From Candidatus Methylomirabilota bacterium (lineage in GTDB: Bacteria; Methylomirabilota; Methylomirabilia; Rokubacteriales; CSP1-6), in contig DATAOC010000040.1 of NCBI GenBank assembly GCA_036265915.1, forward strand, positions 10,571-74,570: a stretch of DNA of 64,000 nt. The letters are read 5' to 3'. The translations under genes were made by a program, and so were the position numbers. The notes below the pieces were generated by a model. The model was not told where the DNA came from, ran no database searches, and worked only from the letters and a program-made list of their open reading frames with translations. Shown here one piece after another: positions 36,729 to 45,966 of the stretch (position 1 is the first letter of the stretch; each line of letters starts with the position of its first letter).

Positions 36729-38702
36729 CTATCGCGGCGCCGCCGGCGCCGGGGCCTCGAGGGCGGCGCCGGTGCCGAGGTATGCCTCGATCACGCGCGG
36801 GTGGCGCTGGATCTCCGCCGGCGTGCCCTCGGCGATGCGGGTGCCGTAATCGAGCACGGTGATGCGGTCGGAGATGCCCATGACCACTTCCATGTCGTGC
36901 TCGATGAGCAGGATCGAGAGCGCCAGCTCGCGCCGCAGCAGGCCGATGAGGTCGGTCAGCGTCTCCGTCTCGCGCGGATTCATGCCGGCCGTCGGCTCGT
37001 CGAGCAGCAGCAGGCGCGGCTCGGTCGCGAGCGCGCGGGCGATCTCGAGCCGCCGCTGATCGCCGTACGGCAGGTTGCGCGCGAGGTCGTCCGCCTTGCC
37101 GGCGAGGCCGACGAAGACAAGGAGCTCGCGCGCCCGCTCGCGCGCGCGGGCTTCCTCGACCCGCACGCTCGGCGGCCGCAGCACCGCGCCGGCAACGGTG
37201 GCCGACAGGCGGCAGTGCTCGCCGACCAGGACGTTGTCGAGCACCGTCATTTGCGGGAACAGACGGATGGACTGAAAGGTCCGCGCGATGCCGCGCGCCA
37301 CCACCGCATTCGGCCGCAGCCCGACCAGGCTCGCGCCGGCGAACGTGATCCGACCCTCGTCGGGTCGCACGAGCCCGGTCACCACGTTGAAGAACGTCGT
37401 CTTGCCGGCGCCGTTGGGGCCGATCAGCCCGACGATCGCCGCCGGCGGGACGACGAGATCGACCGCGTTGAGCGCGAGCACGCCGCCGAAGTGCTTCGTG
37501 AGGCCGGCGACCTCGAGCAGCGACGTCGCCGCCGTTGGCGCCCGGCCATCGCGTAGCCAGGCCGGGATCGCCTCGACGCGAGGCGGCGGCGCCGGCGCGG
37601 CCGGAGCCGGCTCCTCCGGCCCCTCGTCGGTGGCCACGGGCCGCATGCGCCGCCCGGCGAGGCCCTGTGGGCGCAGCAGCATGACGAGGACGAGGCCGAG
37701 CCCGAAGAAGAACCAGCGCCAGAGCGTGAGATCCGCCGTGGCGAGGGCGGGAACGCCGAGCGTGCGTCCGGCGGCGCGCACGAAGAACGTGGTCTGGGTC
37801 AGCACCACGCGGTCGAAGACGGTGATCAGCATCGCGCCGAGGACAACGCCGCCGAGGCTGCCGGCGCCGCCGAGCACGACCATGCACAGCAGCATGATCG
37901 ACACCTGGAACTCGAACGCACCCGGCGTGATCGCCTGTAGCTTCGCCGCGTAGATCGAGCCCGCGAAGCCGGAGAACGAGGCGCCGAGCGCGAAGGCCAG
38001 CAGCTTGGTCGAGACCGGGTTGACGCCGGTGCAGTCCGCGGCCGTCTCGTCCTCGCGGATGGCCATCCACGCGCGACCCAGGCGCGAGTCGCGCAGGCGG
38101 CTCATCGCCCACAGCGACAGCGCGCCGACGATGAGGATGAGGAAGTACCACGGCACGGGATCGGTCTCGAACGGCACGCCGGGCAGGTACGGACGGCCCA
38201 CGGGGTTGACGCCGTTCTCGCCACCCGTGAGATTCAGCCGCTCGATCGGGCGCCAGCCACCGATGTCGATGGTGACGTCTCCGAGATTGCGGATGGCCAC
38301 CGGGATGATCTCGCCGAAGCCGAGCGTGATGATGGCCAGGTAATCGCCGCGCACGCGCAGGGTCGGGGCGCCGATCACGACGCCGAGCAGCGCCGAGACC
38401 GCGGCCGCCACCCAGATGCAGAGCCAGAAGCTCCACGCGTGGCCGTAGAGCGGCGAGCCCAGCACCGGCGAGTTGAGCAGTCCCATCGCGTAGGCGCCGA
38501 TGGCGAAGAACGCCGCGTACCCGAGGTCCAGCAGCCCCGCGTAGCCGACCACGATGTTCAGACCGAGCGCGAGCAGCACGTAGATCATGCCGTCGGAGAC
38601 GGCGTGCACGGTGTGCAGCCCGAGGGCGGCGTCCAGGAACGGATAGGCCGTCAGCGCGATGACGAGCAGGAGCGGGCCACGCCAGTCACGCCTTGTCGGC
38701 AC
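36729..38702 (-). CDS. Fused HAAT-family permease-ATPase (LivM-LivG), second copy
   Basis: TM domain + GPNGAGKTT...LPYGDQRRLEIARAL. The start at 38702 is uncertain (17-nt overlap with livH). Confidence 0.85.
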   Translation of the reverse strand: MPTRRDWRGPLLLVIALTAYPFLDAALGLHTVHAVSDGMIYVLLALGLNIVVGYAGLLDLGYAAFFAIGAYAMGLLNSPVLGSPLYGHAWSFWLCIWVAAAVSALLGVVIGAPTLRVRGDYLAIITLGFGEIIPVAIRNLGDVTIDIGGWRPIERLNLTGGENGVNPVGRPYLPGVPFETDPVPWYFLILIVGALSLWAMSRLRDSRLGRAWMAIREDETAADCTGVNPVSTKLLAFALGASFSGFAGSIYAAKLQAITPGAFEFQVSIMLLCMVVLGGAGSLGGVVLGAMLITVFDRVVLTQTTFFVRAAGRTLGVPALATADLTLWRWFFFGLGLVLVMLLRPQGLAGRRMRPVATDEGPEEPAPAAPAPPPRVEAIPAWLRDGRAPTAATSLLEVAGLTKHFGGVLALNAVDLVVPPAAIVGLIGPNGAGKTTFFNVVTGLVRPDEGRITFAGASLVGLRPNAVVARGIARTFQSIRLFPQMTVLDNVLVGEHCRLSATVAGAVLRPPSVRVEEARARERARELLVFVGLAGKADDLARNLPYGDQRRLEIARALATEPRLLLLDEPTAGMNPRETETLTDLIGLLRRELALSILLIEHDMEVVMGISDRITVLDYGTRIAEGTPAEIQRHPRVIEAYLGTGAALEAPAPAAPR

Positions 38703-39624
38703 TGGCCTCCCCCATGAGCCCGCGCGGGCGGAAGACGAGCACCACGATGAGAATCGAGAAGACGATGGCGTTCGTCCAGCGCGCGGAGACGTACTGGTCG
38801 CTCCACGCCGACAGGAAGCCGATCAACAGCCCGCCCAGCGCCGCACCGCTCATGCTGCCGATGCCGCCGAGGACGGCCGCCGTGAACGCGCGCAGACCGG
38901 CCTGGTAGCCCATCCACCACTGGCCGATGTTGTAGTACATGCCCTGAATGATCCCGGCCGCGCCCGCGAGCGCACCGCCGACGAAGAAGGTGATGAGGAT
39001 CATGCGCTCGACGTCGATGCCCATCGCCTGTGCGGTCTCGCGGTCCTGGGCCGTGGCGCGCATGGCCTTGCCCCAGCGCGTGTGCGTCACGAAGTAGTGC
39101 AGGCCGAGCATGAGGGGCACGGTGGCGACCACGACCAGCACGTCCTTCGTGGTGATGAAGATGGCGGAGTCCACGCCGAACCACTCGCGCAGGATGTCGA
39201 CCGACGGGAACACGTCAGGATAGGCGATCGGGGCCGGTCCCTTCCACAGCAGCGCCACGTTCTCCAGCATGAACGACACACCGATGGCGGTGATGAGCGG
39301 CGCCAGCCGGGTGGATCGCCGCAGCGGGCGGTAGGCCACGCGGTCGATGGCGACGTTCAGCGCCGCCGTCGACAGCATCGTGAGCAGGAAGACCAGCGGC
39401 AAGACGGTGAGGAGCTGCCAGCCGGCGAGGGCGCCGCTCACGCCGAGCAGCGTGAACCACATCAGCGAGATGAACAGCCCCAGCATGAAGACGTCGCCGT
39501 GGGCGAAGTTGATGAGCTCGATGATCCCGTAGACCATCGTGTAGCCGAGCGCGATCAGCGCAAAGACCGCCCCGCGGGTCAGGCCGTTGATGCTCTGCTG
39601 AACCAGAACTTCCCACCAGGTCAT
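38686..39624 (-). CDS. livH: HAAT-family permease (LivH-like), second copy
   Basis: Start at ATG 39624 (MTWWEVLVQQSINGL...). The upstream part of the ORF is an Arg/Ala junk translation of the repeat region. Confidence 0.85.
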   Translation of the reverse strand: MTWWEVLVQQSINGLTRGAVFALIALGYTMVYGIIELINFAHGDVFMLGLFISLMWFTLLGVSGALAGWQLLTVLPLVFLLTMLSTAALNVAIDRVAYRPLRRSTRLAPLITAIGVSFMLENVALLWKGPAPIAYPDVFPSVDILREWFGVDSAIFITTKDVLVVVATVPLMLGLHYFVTHTRWGKAMRATAQDRETAQAMGIDVERMILITFFVGGALAGAAGIIQGMYYNIGQWWMGYQAGLRAFTAAVLGGIGSMSGAALGGLLIGFLSAWSDQYVSARWTNAIVFSILIVVLVFRPRGLMGEASADKA

Positions 39625-39630
39625 ATCGAG

Positions 39631-39657
39631 ATGGGGGGCCCCGATATGGCCCCCCAT
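39631..39657 (-). promoter_or_regulatory. Perfect 10-bp GC hairpin immediately 5' of the livH start codon. Its loop is complementary to the start-codon region
   Basis: ATGGGGGGCC-CCGATAT-GGCCCCCCAT. The loop ATATCGG can alternatively pair with CGATAT spanning the AUG (39622..39629). Confidence 0.5.
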
Positions 39658-39661
39658 ACCC

Positions 39662-39836
39662 CCCAGCGCTCGGCGCGCCGCGGCGAAGCCGCGGCGCGCC
39701 GCGGGAGCCGGACCACCGTCTGCGAGCGTCGTGCGCGCCCGCGCTCGGCGCGCCGCGGCGAAGCGGTGGCGCGCCTCCGGAGCCGGACCCTGCGCTCGGC
39801 ACGTCGCGGACAAGCCGCGACGTGCCTCGACGGGCG
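39662..39836 (-). repeat. Intra-operon tandem repeat (about 75 nt x2, imperfect) carrying two perfect 12-bp GC-rich palindromes (REP-like / mRNA-stabiliser-like)
   Basis: Units begin GCGCTCGGCGCGCCGCGGCGAAG (39666 and 39741). Hairpins GGCGCGCCGCGG-CGAAG-CCGCGGCGCGCC (39672..39700) and GGCACGTCGCGG-ACAAG-CCGCGACGTGCC (39798..39826). Confidence 0.7.
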
Positions 39837-39852
39837 CACCACAGTGGCCGCG

Positions 39853-41118
39853 CTACTCGAGGATCGTCTCGAAGGCGAACTTGCAGCCGAGGGGCGAGTC
39901 GGCTTTCACGGCCTTGAAGCCCGACATGGTGTCGTAGTCGACGTCACCGTTCTCGTCGAAGCTCCACTTGCCGTTGATGCCCTCGAAGTTCTTGGTGGAC
40001 GCGATCGCCTTGCGCAGGGCCTCTCGCTTGGCGGTCGGGTCCTTGGCGCGCTCGATCTCGGACGCGGCGCGCTTGATGGCCTCGATGATCACGCGGCCGC
40101 CCTCGGCGGCATAGAGCGCGTAGGACGTCGGCTCCTTGCCGAACTTCGCCTTGTACGTCTCGTAGGTCTTGGCGCCGACGCCGCGCATCTTCTCGAACGG
40201 CAGGCCGGCGAACGTGATGCGCATGTCGGTCGCGAGGGCGGCGTCGCAGGTGGCGCCCTTCAGCAGCTCCTCCTCGAGCAGGCCGTCCGGGCCCATGAAG
40301 CGCGTGCGCGGCGACGTCAGGCCGACCTCCTTCATCTGACGAATCACGACCTGGGCGCCGGTCTCGATGACGCCGCCGAGGTAGACGAGATCCGCACCGC
40401 TGGCGCGGATCTTCGTGAGCACCGGCTTCTGGTCCGGCTGCTTCCAGTCGATGCCTTCGTTGGCCACGACCGGCAGCCCGAGCTTCTTCGCGGTCGCCTC
40501 GAAGACGTCGGCGATGCCCTTGCCGTACAGCTCCTGGTCGTTGAGGATGTAAACCTTCTTCACGCCCATCCGCTTGGCCCACTTGGCGGCCACCGCGCCC
40601 TGGATGTCGTCGGCCGGGATCGGACGGAAGTAGTTCACGAACCCGGCCGGCCGGTAGATCTCGGGCTCGCCGGGTGCGGCGCCCCGCTTCTTCGTGAGGC
40701 CGGGGTAGGTGTTGGCCGGCGTCATCTGCGCCATGTGCGCGCGGTTCGTGATGGGGATCGAGACCTTGGCCGCGCCGGAGTTGTAGGTGCCGATGTAGAC
40801 GATGGCGAGCGGATCGGCGACCGCCTTGTTGGCGTTCTCCGCCTCCACGGCGCCGTCCCACTTGCCGGTCTGCGGCGAGGCGTCGTCGAGGTTCACGACC
40901 TCCAGGCAGTAGCCGGCGACGACGCCGTTGACCTCGGACACGGCGAGATCGACGCCGTTCTTCATGCCGGTGCCCTCGGGCAGCATCGCGCCCTGCATCG
41001 GCCACGACGTGTAGAAGCGGAGCTTGCCCTTGGGACACTGCTGGGCGGAGGCGCTGCCGCCGGCGGCGGCGACACTGAGCAGCACGACGGCGAGGGCGAT
41101 GGAGCGGGACACTCTCAT
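39853..41118 (-). CDS. HAAT-family periplasmic substrate-binding protein (LivK/UrtA-like)
   Basis: Signal peptide MRVSRSIALAVVLLSVAAAGGSASA. Lys-rich, with less extreme codon usage than neighbouring genes. Confidence 0.9.
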   Translation of the reverse strand: MRVSRSIALAVVLLSVAAAGGSASAQQCPKGKLRFYTSWPMQGAMLPEGTGMKNGVDLAVSEVNGVVAGYCLEVVNLDDASPQTGKWDGAVEAENANKAVADPLAIVYIGTYNSGAAKVSIPITNRAHMAQMTPANTYPGLTKKRGAAPGEPEIYRPAGFVNYFRPIPADDIQGAVAAKWAKRMGVKKVYILNDQELYGKGIADVFEATAKKLGLPVVANEGIDWKQPDQKPVLTKIRASGADLVYLGGVIETGAQVVIRQMKEVGLTSPRTRFMGPDGLLEEELLKGATCDAALATDMRITFAGLPFEKMRGVGAKTYETYKAKFGKEPTSYALYAAEGGRVIIEAIKRAASEIERAKDPTAKREALRKAIASTKNFEGINGKWSFDENGDVDYDTMSGFKAVKADSPLGCKFAFETILE

Positions 41119-41218
41119 GATGGACCTCCGCGCTCGGAGTTATGATCCGGAACGCCTATGGGCCGCGCGTACGAGACTAGACTATGACTGCTCGCTCCTT
41201 GTCAACCGAGGTGAGGCG

Positions 41219-42046
41219 ATGGCACGACCGCACGTGATCTACCAGGCGAAGCCGGGCTCGGCGCTCGAGGTCGACCGCCGCTTCTATGGGCAGCTGGCTC
41301 CCGAGCAAGGCAAGCGCAAGCTCGTGGAGCAATTCGTCATCCCGCGCCGTTCGGGGCGGGCGTGGCCGGTGCGCGCCGGCCAGATCTTCCGCATCGTGGC
41401 CCTCGAGGGGCCCCAGGTGGCGGATCTGAACGTCTGGAGCCTCGCCAACCCGCGCGAGCGGTTCTGGGCGTCGCGCTCGCGCCAGCTCCATCAGGCTCAC
41501 GTCTCGACGTTCGACCGGCTGTGGTCCTGCCTGCCGTACCTGCGGCCGATGCTGACCATCGTCGCCGACACCGTGAGGTATCCCCGTGACGAGGACGGCG
41601 GCGGCTGTCACGATCTCCTCGGCACGCGGTGCGATCCGTACGTGCACAAGCTGCTCAACGGCGAGGAGCTCGACGTGTGCTGCCACAGCAATCTCGTGCG
41701 CGCCGTCCTGCCGTATCACCTCACCGAGCTCGACGTGCACGACGTGCTGAACGTCTTCCAGGTGACGGGGCTCACGCCCGAGGGACGCTACTTCACCAAG
41801 CCCAGCCCGGCGAAGCAGGGGGACTTCATCGAGTTCTTCGCGGAGCTCGACGTGCTCGTCGCGCTGTCGAACTGCCCGCACGGCGACATGTCGCGGCCGG
41901 TCTGGGGCCCCGACGCCGGCGACGGCGCCGACATCTGTCGCCCGCTCGGCATCGAGGTCTGGCAGCCGGTGCCCGAGGCGCTCGCCGGCTGGCGCTCACC
42001 ATCGCCCTCCGATTACCAGGGCGCCCACGGGCTGCACGCGCGATGA
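41219..42046 (+). CDS. DUF1989 protein (urea-carboxylase-associated protein 1-like)
   Basis: SD GAGGTGAGG. ...RAGQIFRIVALEGPQVADLNVWS...ERF...PMLTIVADTV...CHDLLGTRCD.... Paralogous to the next gene. Family call from memory. Confidence 0.6.
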   Translation: MARPHVIYQAKPGSALEVDRRFYGQLAPEQGKRKLVEQFVIPRRSGRAWPVRAGQIFRIVALEGPQVADLNVWSLANPRERFWASRSRQLHQAHVSTFDRLWSCLPYLRPMLTIVADTVRYPRDEDGGGCHDLLGTRCDPYVHKLLNGEELDVCCHSNLVRAVLPYHLTELDVHDVLNVFQVTGLTPEGRYFTKPSPAKQGDFIEFFAELDVLVALSNCPHGDMSRPVWGPDAGDGADICRPLGIEVWQPVPEALAGWRSPSPSDYQGAHGLHAR

Positions 42047-42636
42047 GCCGCCAGACGATCCCGGCCCGGAAAGGCACGGCGGCGCGCGTGCGCGCCGGAC
42101 AGCACGTTCGCATCATCAATACCCACGGCACCCAGGTCGTCGACGCGTGGGCGTTCAACGCGCAGGACCCGAGCGAGTGGATGGCCATGGAGGCCAGCCG
42201 CGCGTGGTTCCTGAGGCTCGCGGCCGCCGTCGGCGACTCCTTCGTCACCAATCGCCGGCGGCCGATCCTCACGCTGGTCGAGGACACCTCACGCTGCGCG
42301 CACGACACGCTGATGGCGCCCTGCGACGCCGACCGCTACGGCCTCCTCGGCGTGAAGGGATACCACGACAACTGCCGCGACAACCTGCACGCCGCCCTCG
42401 GCGAGCTCGGCGTGAAGGTTCCGGCCACGCCGCCGTCGCTGAACGTCTTCATGAACATCCCGTGGACGCCGGAAGGCCGACTGAGCTGGGGCGAGCCGCT
42501 CTCGCCGCCGGGCAGCTACGCGCTCTTCCGCGCGGAGATGGAGCTCATCGTGGCGTTCTCGGCGTGTCCGCAAGATATCTTGCCGATCAACGGACGCACG
42601 GGCACCACGACCGAGGCGCACTTCACCATCGAGTAG
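42043..42636 (+). CDS. DUF1989 protein (urea-carboxylase-associated protein 2-like)
   Basis: ATGA overlap with the preceding gene. ...[23 protein letters not shown]...[10 protein letters not shown]...HDTLMAPCD.... Confidence 0.6.
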   Translation: MSRQTIPARKGTAARVRAGQHVRIINTHGTQVVDAWAFNAQDPSEWMAMEASRAWFLRLAAAVGDSFVTNRRRPILTLVEDTSRCAHDTLMAPCDADRYGLLGVKGYHDNCRDNLHAALGELGVKVPATPPSLNVFMNIPWTPEGRLSWGEPLSPPGSYALFRAEMELIVAFSACPQDILPINGRTGTTTEAHFTIE

Positions 42637-42736
42637 CAGTGCCTCCGGTGTCGCGGTGCGGGCGCGCGCCCGCGCCGACGGCAGCCGAGGCTCGCGCCGC
42701 GGAGTCGCTGCGCCCGCATGAGTACAATGAGCCGGC

Positions 42737-43423
42737 ATGTCGCTTCCGGCGCTGGAGCTCCGCCACGTCAGCAAGTCGTACCGCGAGGGCGAGGTCGAGC
42801 GCACGGTGCTGCGCGACGTGTCGCTGTCCATCGCCCCCGGCGAGATCGTTGTGCTGGTCGGGCGGAGCGGGTCGGGAAAGTCGACGCTGCTCAATGTCAT
42901 TGCCGGCATCGACCGGCCGACGGCGGGTAGCGTCCACGTGGCGGGTACCGAGCTCACGGCGCTGGACGAGCAAGCGCGGACGCGGTTTCGGCGCGCGCAC
43001 ATCGGGTTCGTGTTCCAGTTCTTCAATCTCATCCCGCTCCTCACGGTGGAGGAGAATCTGCTGCTGCCGCTCGATCTCAACGGGCGCGCGGATGCCAAGG
43101 GAGTGGCGCGCGCACGTGAGCTGCTGGAGCGGGTCGGCCTCGGCGGGCGCGGCGCCAGCTTTCCCGAGCGGCTGTCCGGGGGCGAGCAGCAGCGCGTCGC
43201 CATCGCGCGCGCGCTCGTTCACGAGCCGGCGCTGATCCTGGCCGACGAGCCGACGGGGAATCTCGACGTCGAGACGGCCACCGCCGTGCTCGATCTGCTC
43301 GACACGCTCGCGCGCGCGACAGGCCGTACGGTCGTGATGGCGACGCACAGCCGCGAGGTCGTCGGCGTCGCCGACCGGATCTTCGCGGTGCAGCGGGGAG
43401 TGCTGGTGGAGCAGCCGCGGTGA
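42737..43423 (+). CDS. ABC transporter ATP-binding protein (LolD/MacB/AttE type)
   Basis: GRSGSGKST Walker [20 protein letters not shown]. Confidence 0.9.
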   Translation: MSLPALELRHVSKSYREGEVERTVLRDVSLSIAPGEIVVLVGRSGSGKSTLLNVIAGIDRPTAGSVHVAGTELTALDEQARTRFRRAHIGFVFQFFNLIPLLTVEENLLLPLDLNGRADAKGVARARELLERVGLGGRGASFPERLSGGEQQRVAIARALVHEPALILADEPTGNLDVETATAVLDLLDTLARATGRTVVMATHSREVVGVADRIFAVQRGVLVEQPR

Positions 43424-45966
43424 GTCGCCAGCTCGCGCGGGTGGCGTTACGACAGCTGTCCACGCACCCGTGGCAGCTCGGCCTGGCCATCCTCGGCATC
43501 GCGCTCGGCGTGGCGGTGGCGGTCGCCATCGATCTCGCCAACGGCAGCGCGCTGCGCGCGTTCTCGCTCAGCACCGAGGCGGTCAGCGGCAAGGCGACGC
43601 ACCAGATCGTCGGCGGGCCGTCGGGATTGTCCGACGACGTGTATCGACGGCTCCGGCTCGAGCTCGGGGTGCGGCGCGCGGCGCCGATCGTCGAGGGCGA
43701 CGTGTCCGTCGCCGGTGAGCGGACGCGCACGTTTCATCTGCTCGGAATCGATCCGTTCGTGGATGGCGACTTCCGCCCGTTTCTGGCGGGCGATGAGCGC
43801 GGCGGCTCCCGCGGGCGCAGTGCGCTCGCGCGCGCGGCGGATCTGGTGGCCCGTCGCGGCACCGCGCTGGCGGCCGCGTCCGCGGGGCTGCCCATCGGCG
43901 CCTCGCTCGCCATCGACGTCGCCGGCCAGCGTCGGACGCTGACGATGGTCGGCGTGCTCGAGCCGGCCGATCCGGCCAGCGCCCGCGCCCTCGACGGCCT
44001 GCTGGTGACGGACATCGCCACCGCGCAGGAGACGCTCGGCGCGCTGGGCCGTCTGTCGCGCATCGATCTGATCGTGGCCGACGACCCGGCCGGGCATGCT
44101 CTGCTCACGCGCGTGGCCGGCGCGCTGCCGCCAGGCGCGGACCTCGTGTCGGCGGGCGCGACGGCGGGAGCGACCGCGCGCATGATCCTCGCCTTCCAGT
44201 GGAACCTCGCCGCGCTGTCGCTGCTGGCGCTCGTGGTCGGGATGTTCCTCATCTACCAGACGATGACGTTCTCGGTGGTGCAGCGGAGGCCGCTGATCGG
44301 CGCGCTGCGCGCGCTCGGCGTGACGCGCGGCGAGGTGTTCACGCTGGTGATGAGCGAGGCGCTCGTCATCGGCGTCGTCGGCACGCTCGCGGGGCTGGCC
44401 CTCGGCTGGGCGATGGCGCAGGGGCTGCTGCGTCTGGTGACGCGGACGATCAACGACCTCTACTTCGTCGTGTCCGTGCGCGAGGTGGCCCTGGACCCGC
44501 TCGCGGTGGCCAAGAGCGTGCTGCTCGGCATCGGCGCCACCGCGCTGGCCGCGCTGCCGCCGGCGCTGGAGGCCACGGCCGCGCCGCCGCGCGTGGTCAT
44601 GAGCCGCGCCGCGCTGGAGACGCGCGCCCGCGGCCGGGCGCGCGTCGCGGCGGTGGTCGGCGCGCTCGTGCTGCTCACGGGGGCGGTCGTGCTCGCCGCA
44701 CCCGGCGGCATCGTCGTCGGCTTCCTCGGCCTCTTCGCGGTGATGGTCGGCTGCGCGCTCGTCACGCCGGCCGCCGCGCTCGTGCTGCTGCGGCCGATTC
44801 ACCACGTGGCCGGTGCTCTGTTCGGCATGCTGGGCCGGCTCGCCACGCGCAGCATCGTCGCCGCGCTGTCGCGCACGTCGGTGGCGATGGCGGCGCTGAT
44901 GATCGCGGTGGCCGCGGCAATCGGCGTCGGCGTCATGATCGCCAGCTTCCGCGAGGCGGTGACGACCTGGCTCGAGGGAACCCTGCGGGCCGACGTCTAC
45001 GTCTCGGCGCCGAGCCTCGTCGGCAGCCGGCCCGACGCCACGCTCGATCCCGCGCTCGTCGCGCGCCTGGCCGGCACGCCCGGCGTGGCGCACGTGACCA
45101 CTTCGCGCGGAGCGATCGTGCAGAGCCCGCGCGGGCCGGTGCAGGTGGTGGCGCTCGACGTCGATCCGGACCGGCCGCCGCGCTGGCGGTTTCGCGACGG
45201 CAGCGCGTCCGGCGTGTGGCACGGCAGCGCGGTGCTCGTCTCCGAGCCGTTCGCGAACCGCCACGACACGCGCGCCGGGGGCGTCGTACGCCTGCGCACC
45301 GACCACGGCGAGCAGGAGTTCCGCGTGGCCGGCGTCTTCTACGACTACGGCTCGAGCGCCGGCGTGGTGGTCATGCACCGGCGCACGTACGACCGCGCGT
45401 GGAACGACCGGCGCATCTCGAGCCTGGCGCTCGAGGCCGCGCCCGGCGTGGACGTGGACGCGCTGGTGGCAGCGGTCCGCGCGCGGGCGGCGGGCGGGCC
45501 GACGCTCGTGATCCGCTCCAACCGCGCGCTGCGCGAGGCCTCGCTCCAGATCTTCGATCGCACATTCGCGATCACCGGCGTGCTTCGCACGCTCAGCGTC
45601 GTCGTCGCCTTCGTCGGGATGCTGGCTGCGCTGATGGCCCTGCAGCTCGAGCGCACCCGCGAGATCGGCGTGCTCCGCGCGCTCGGGCTGACGCCGGGCC
45701 AGGTGTGGGGACTCGTGACGGCGCAGTCGGGGATCCTCGGCCTCCTGGCCGGCGTGCTCGCCGTGCCGAGCGGGCTCCTGATGGCGGCCGTGCTCGTCTT
45801 CGTCATCAACCGGCGCTCGTTCGGCTGGACGATGTCGATCGATCCATCACCGCCGATCCTGCTGCAGGGCGTGGCGCTCTCCGTGCTCGCGGCGTTGCTG
45901 GCGGGTCTCTATCCCGCGTGGAGGATGGCGAGCGCGCCGCCGGCGGAGTCGCTGCGCGATGAGTAA
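43420..45966 (+). CDS. ABC transporter permease with two FtsX domains (MacB/AttFG-like), 848 aa
   Basis: GTGA overlap with the ATPase gene. Duplicated 4-TM FtsX modules separated by large periplasmic domains. Confidence 0.85.
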   Translation: MSRQLARVALRQLSTHPWQLGLAILGIALGVAVAVAIDLANGSALRAFSLSTEAVSGKATHQIVGGPSGLSDDVYRRLRLELGVRRAAPIVEGDVSVAGERTRTFHLLGIDPFVDGDFRPFLAGDERGGSRGRSALARAADLVARRGTALAAASAGLPIGASLAIDVAGQRRTLTMVGVLEPADPASARALDGLLVTDIATAQETLGALGRLSRIDLIVADDPAGHALLTRVAGALPPGADLVSAGATAGATARMILAFQWNLAALSLLALVVGMFLIYQTMTFSVVQRRPLIGALRALGVTRGEVFTLVMSEALVIGVVGTLAGLALGWAMAQGLLRLVTRTINDLYFVVSVREVALDPLAVAKSVLLGIGATALAALPPALEATAAPPRVVMSRAALETRARGRARVAAVVGALVLLTGAVVLAAPGGIVVGFLGLFAVMVGCALVTPAAALVLLRPIHHVAGALFGMLGRLATRSIVAALSRTSVAMAALMIAVAAAIGVGVMIASFREAVTTWLEGTLRADVYVSAPSLVGSRPDATLDPALVARLAGTPGVAHVTTSRGAIVQSPRGPVQVVALDVDPDRPPRWRFRDGSASGVWHGSAVLVSEPFANRHDTRAGGVVRLRTDHGEQEFRVAGVFYDYGSSAGVVVMHRRTYDRAWNDRRISSLALEAAPGVDVDALVAAVRARAAGGPTLVIRSNRALREASLQIFDRTFAITGVLRTLSVVVAFVGMLAALMALQLERTREIGVLRALGLTPGQVWGLVTAQSGILGLLAGVLAVPSGLLMAAVLVFVINRRSFGWTMSIDPSPPILLQGVALSVLAALLAGLYPAWRMASAPPAESLRDE

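Noticed and set aside
39658-39852. Repeat array considered as a possible CRISPR array
   Set aside because: Only two to three imperfect contiguous units without unique spacers. The units are themselves palindromic stem-loops located inside an operon, so REP-like or mRNA-structural is the better reading.
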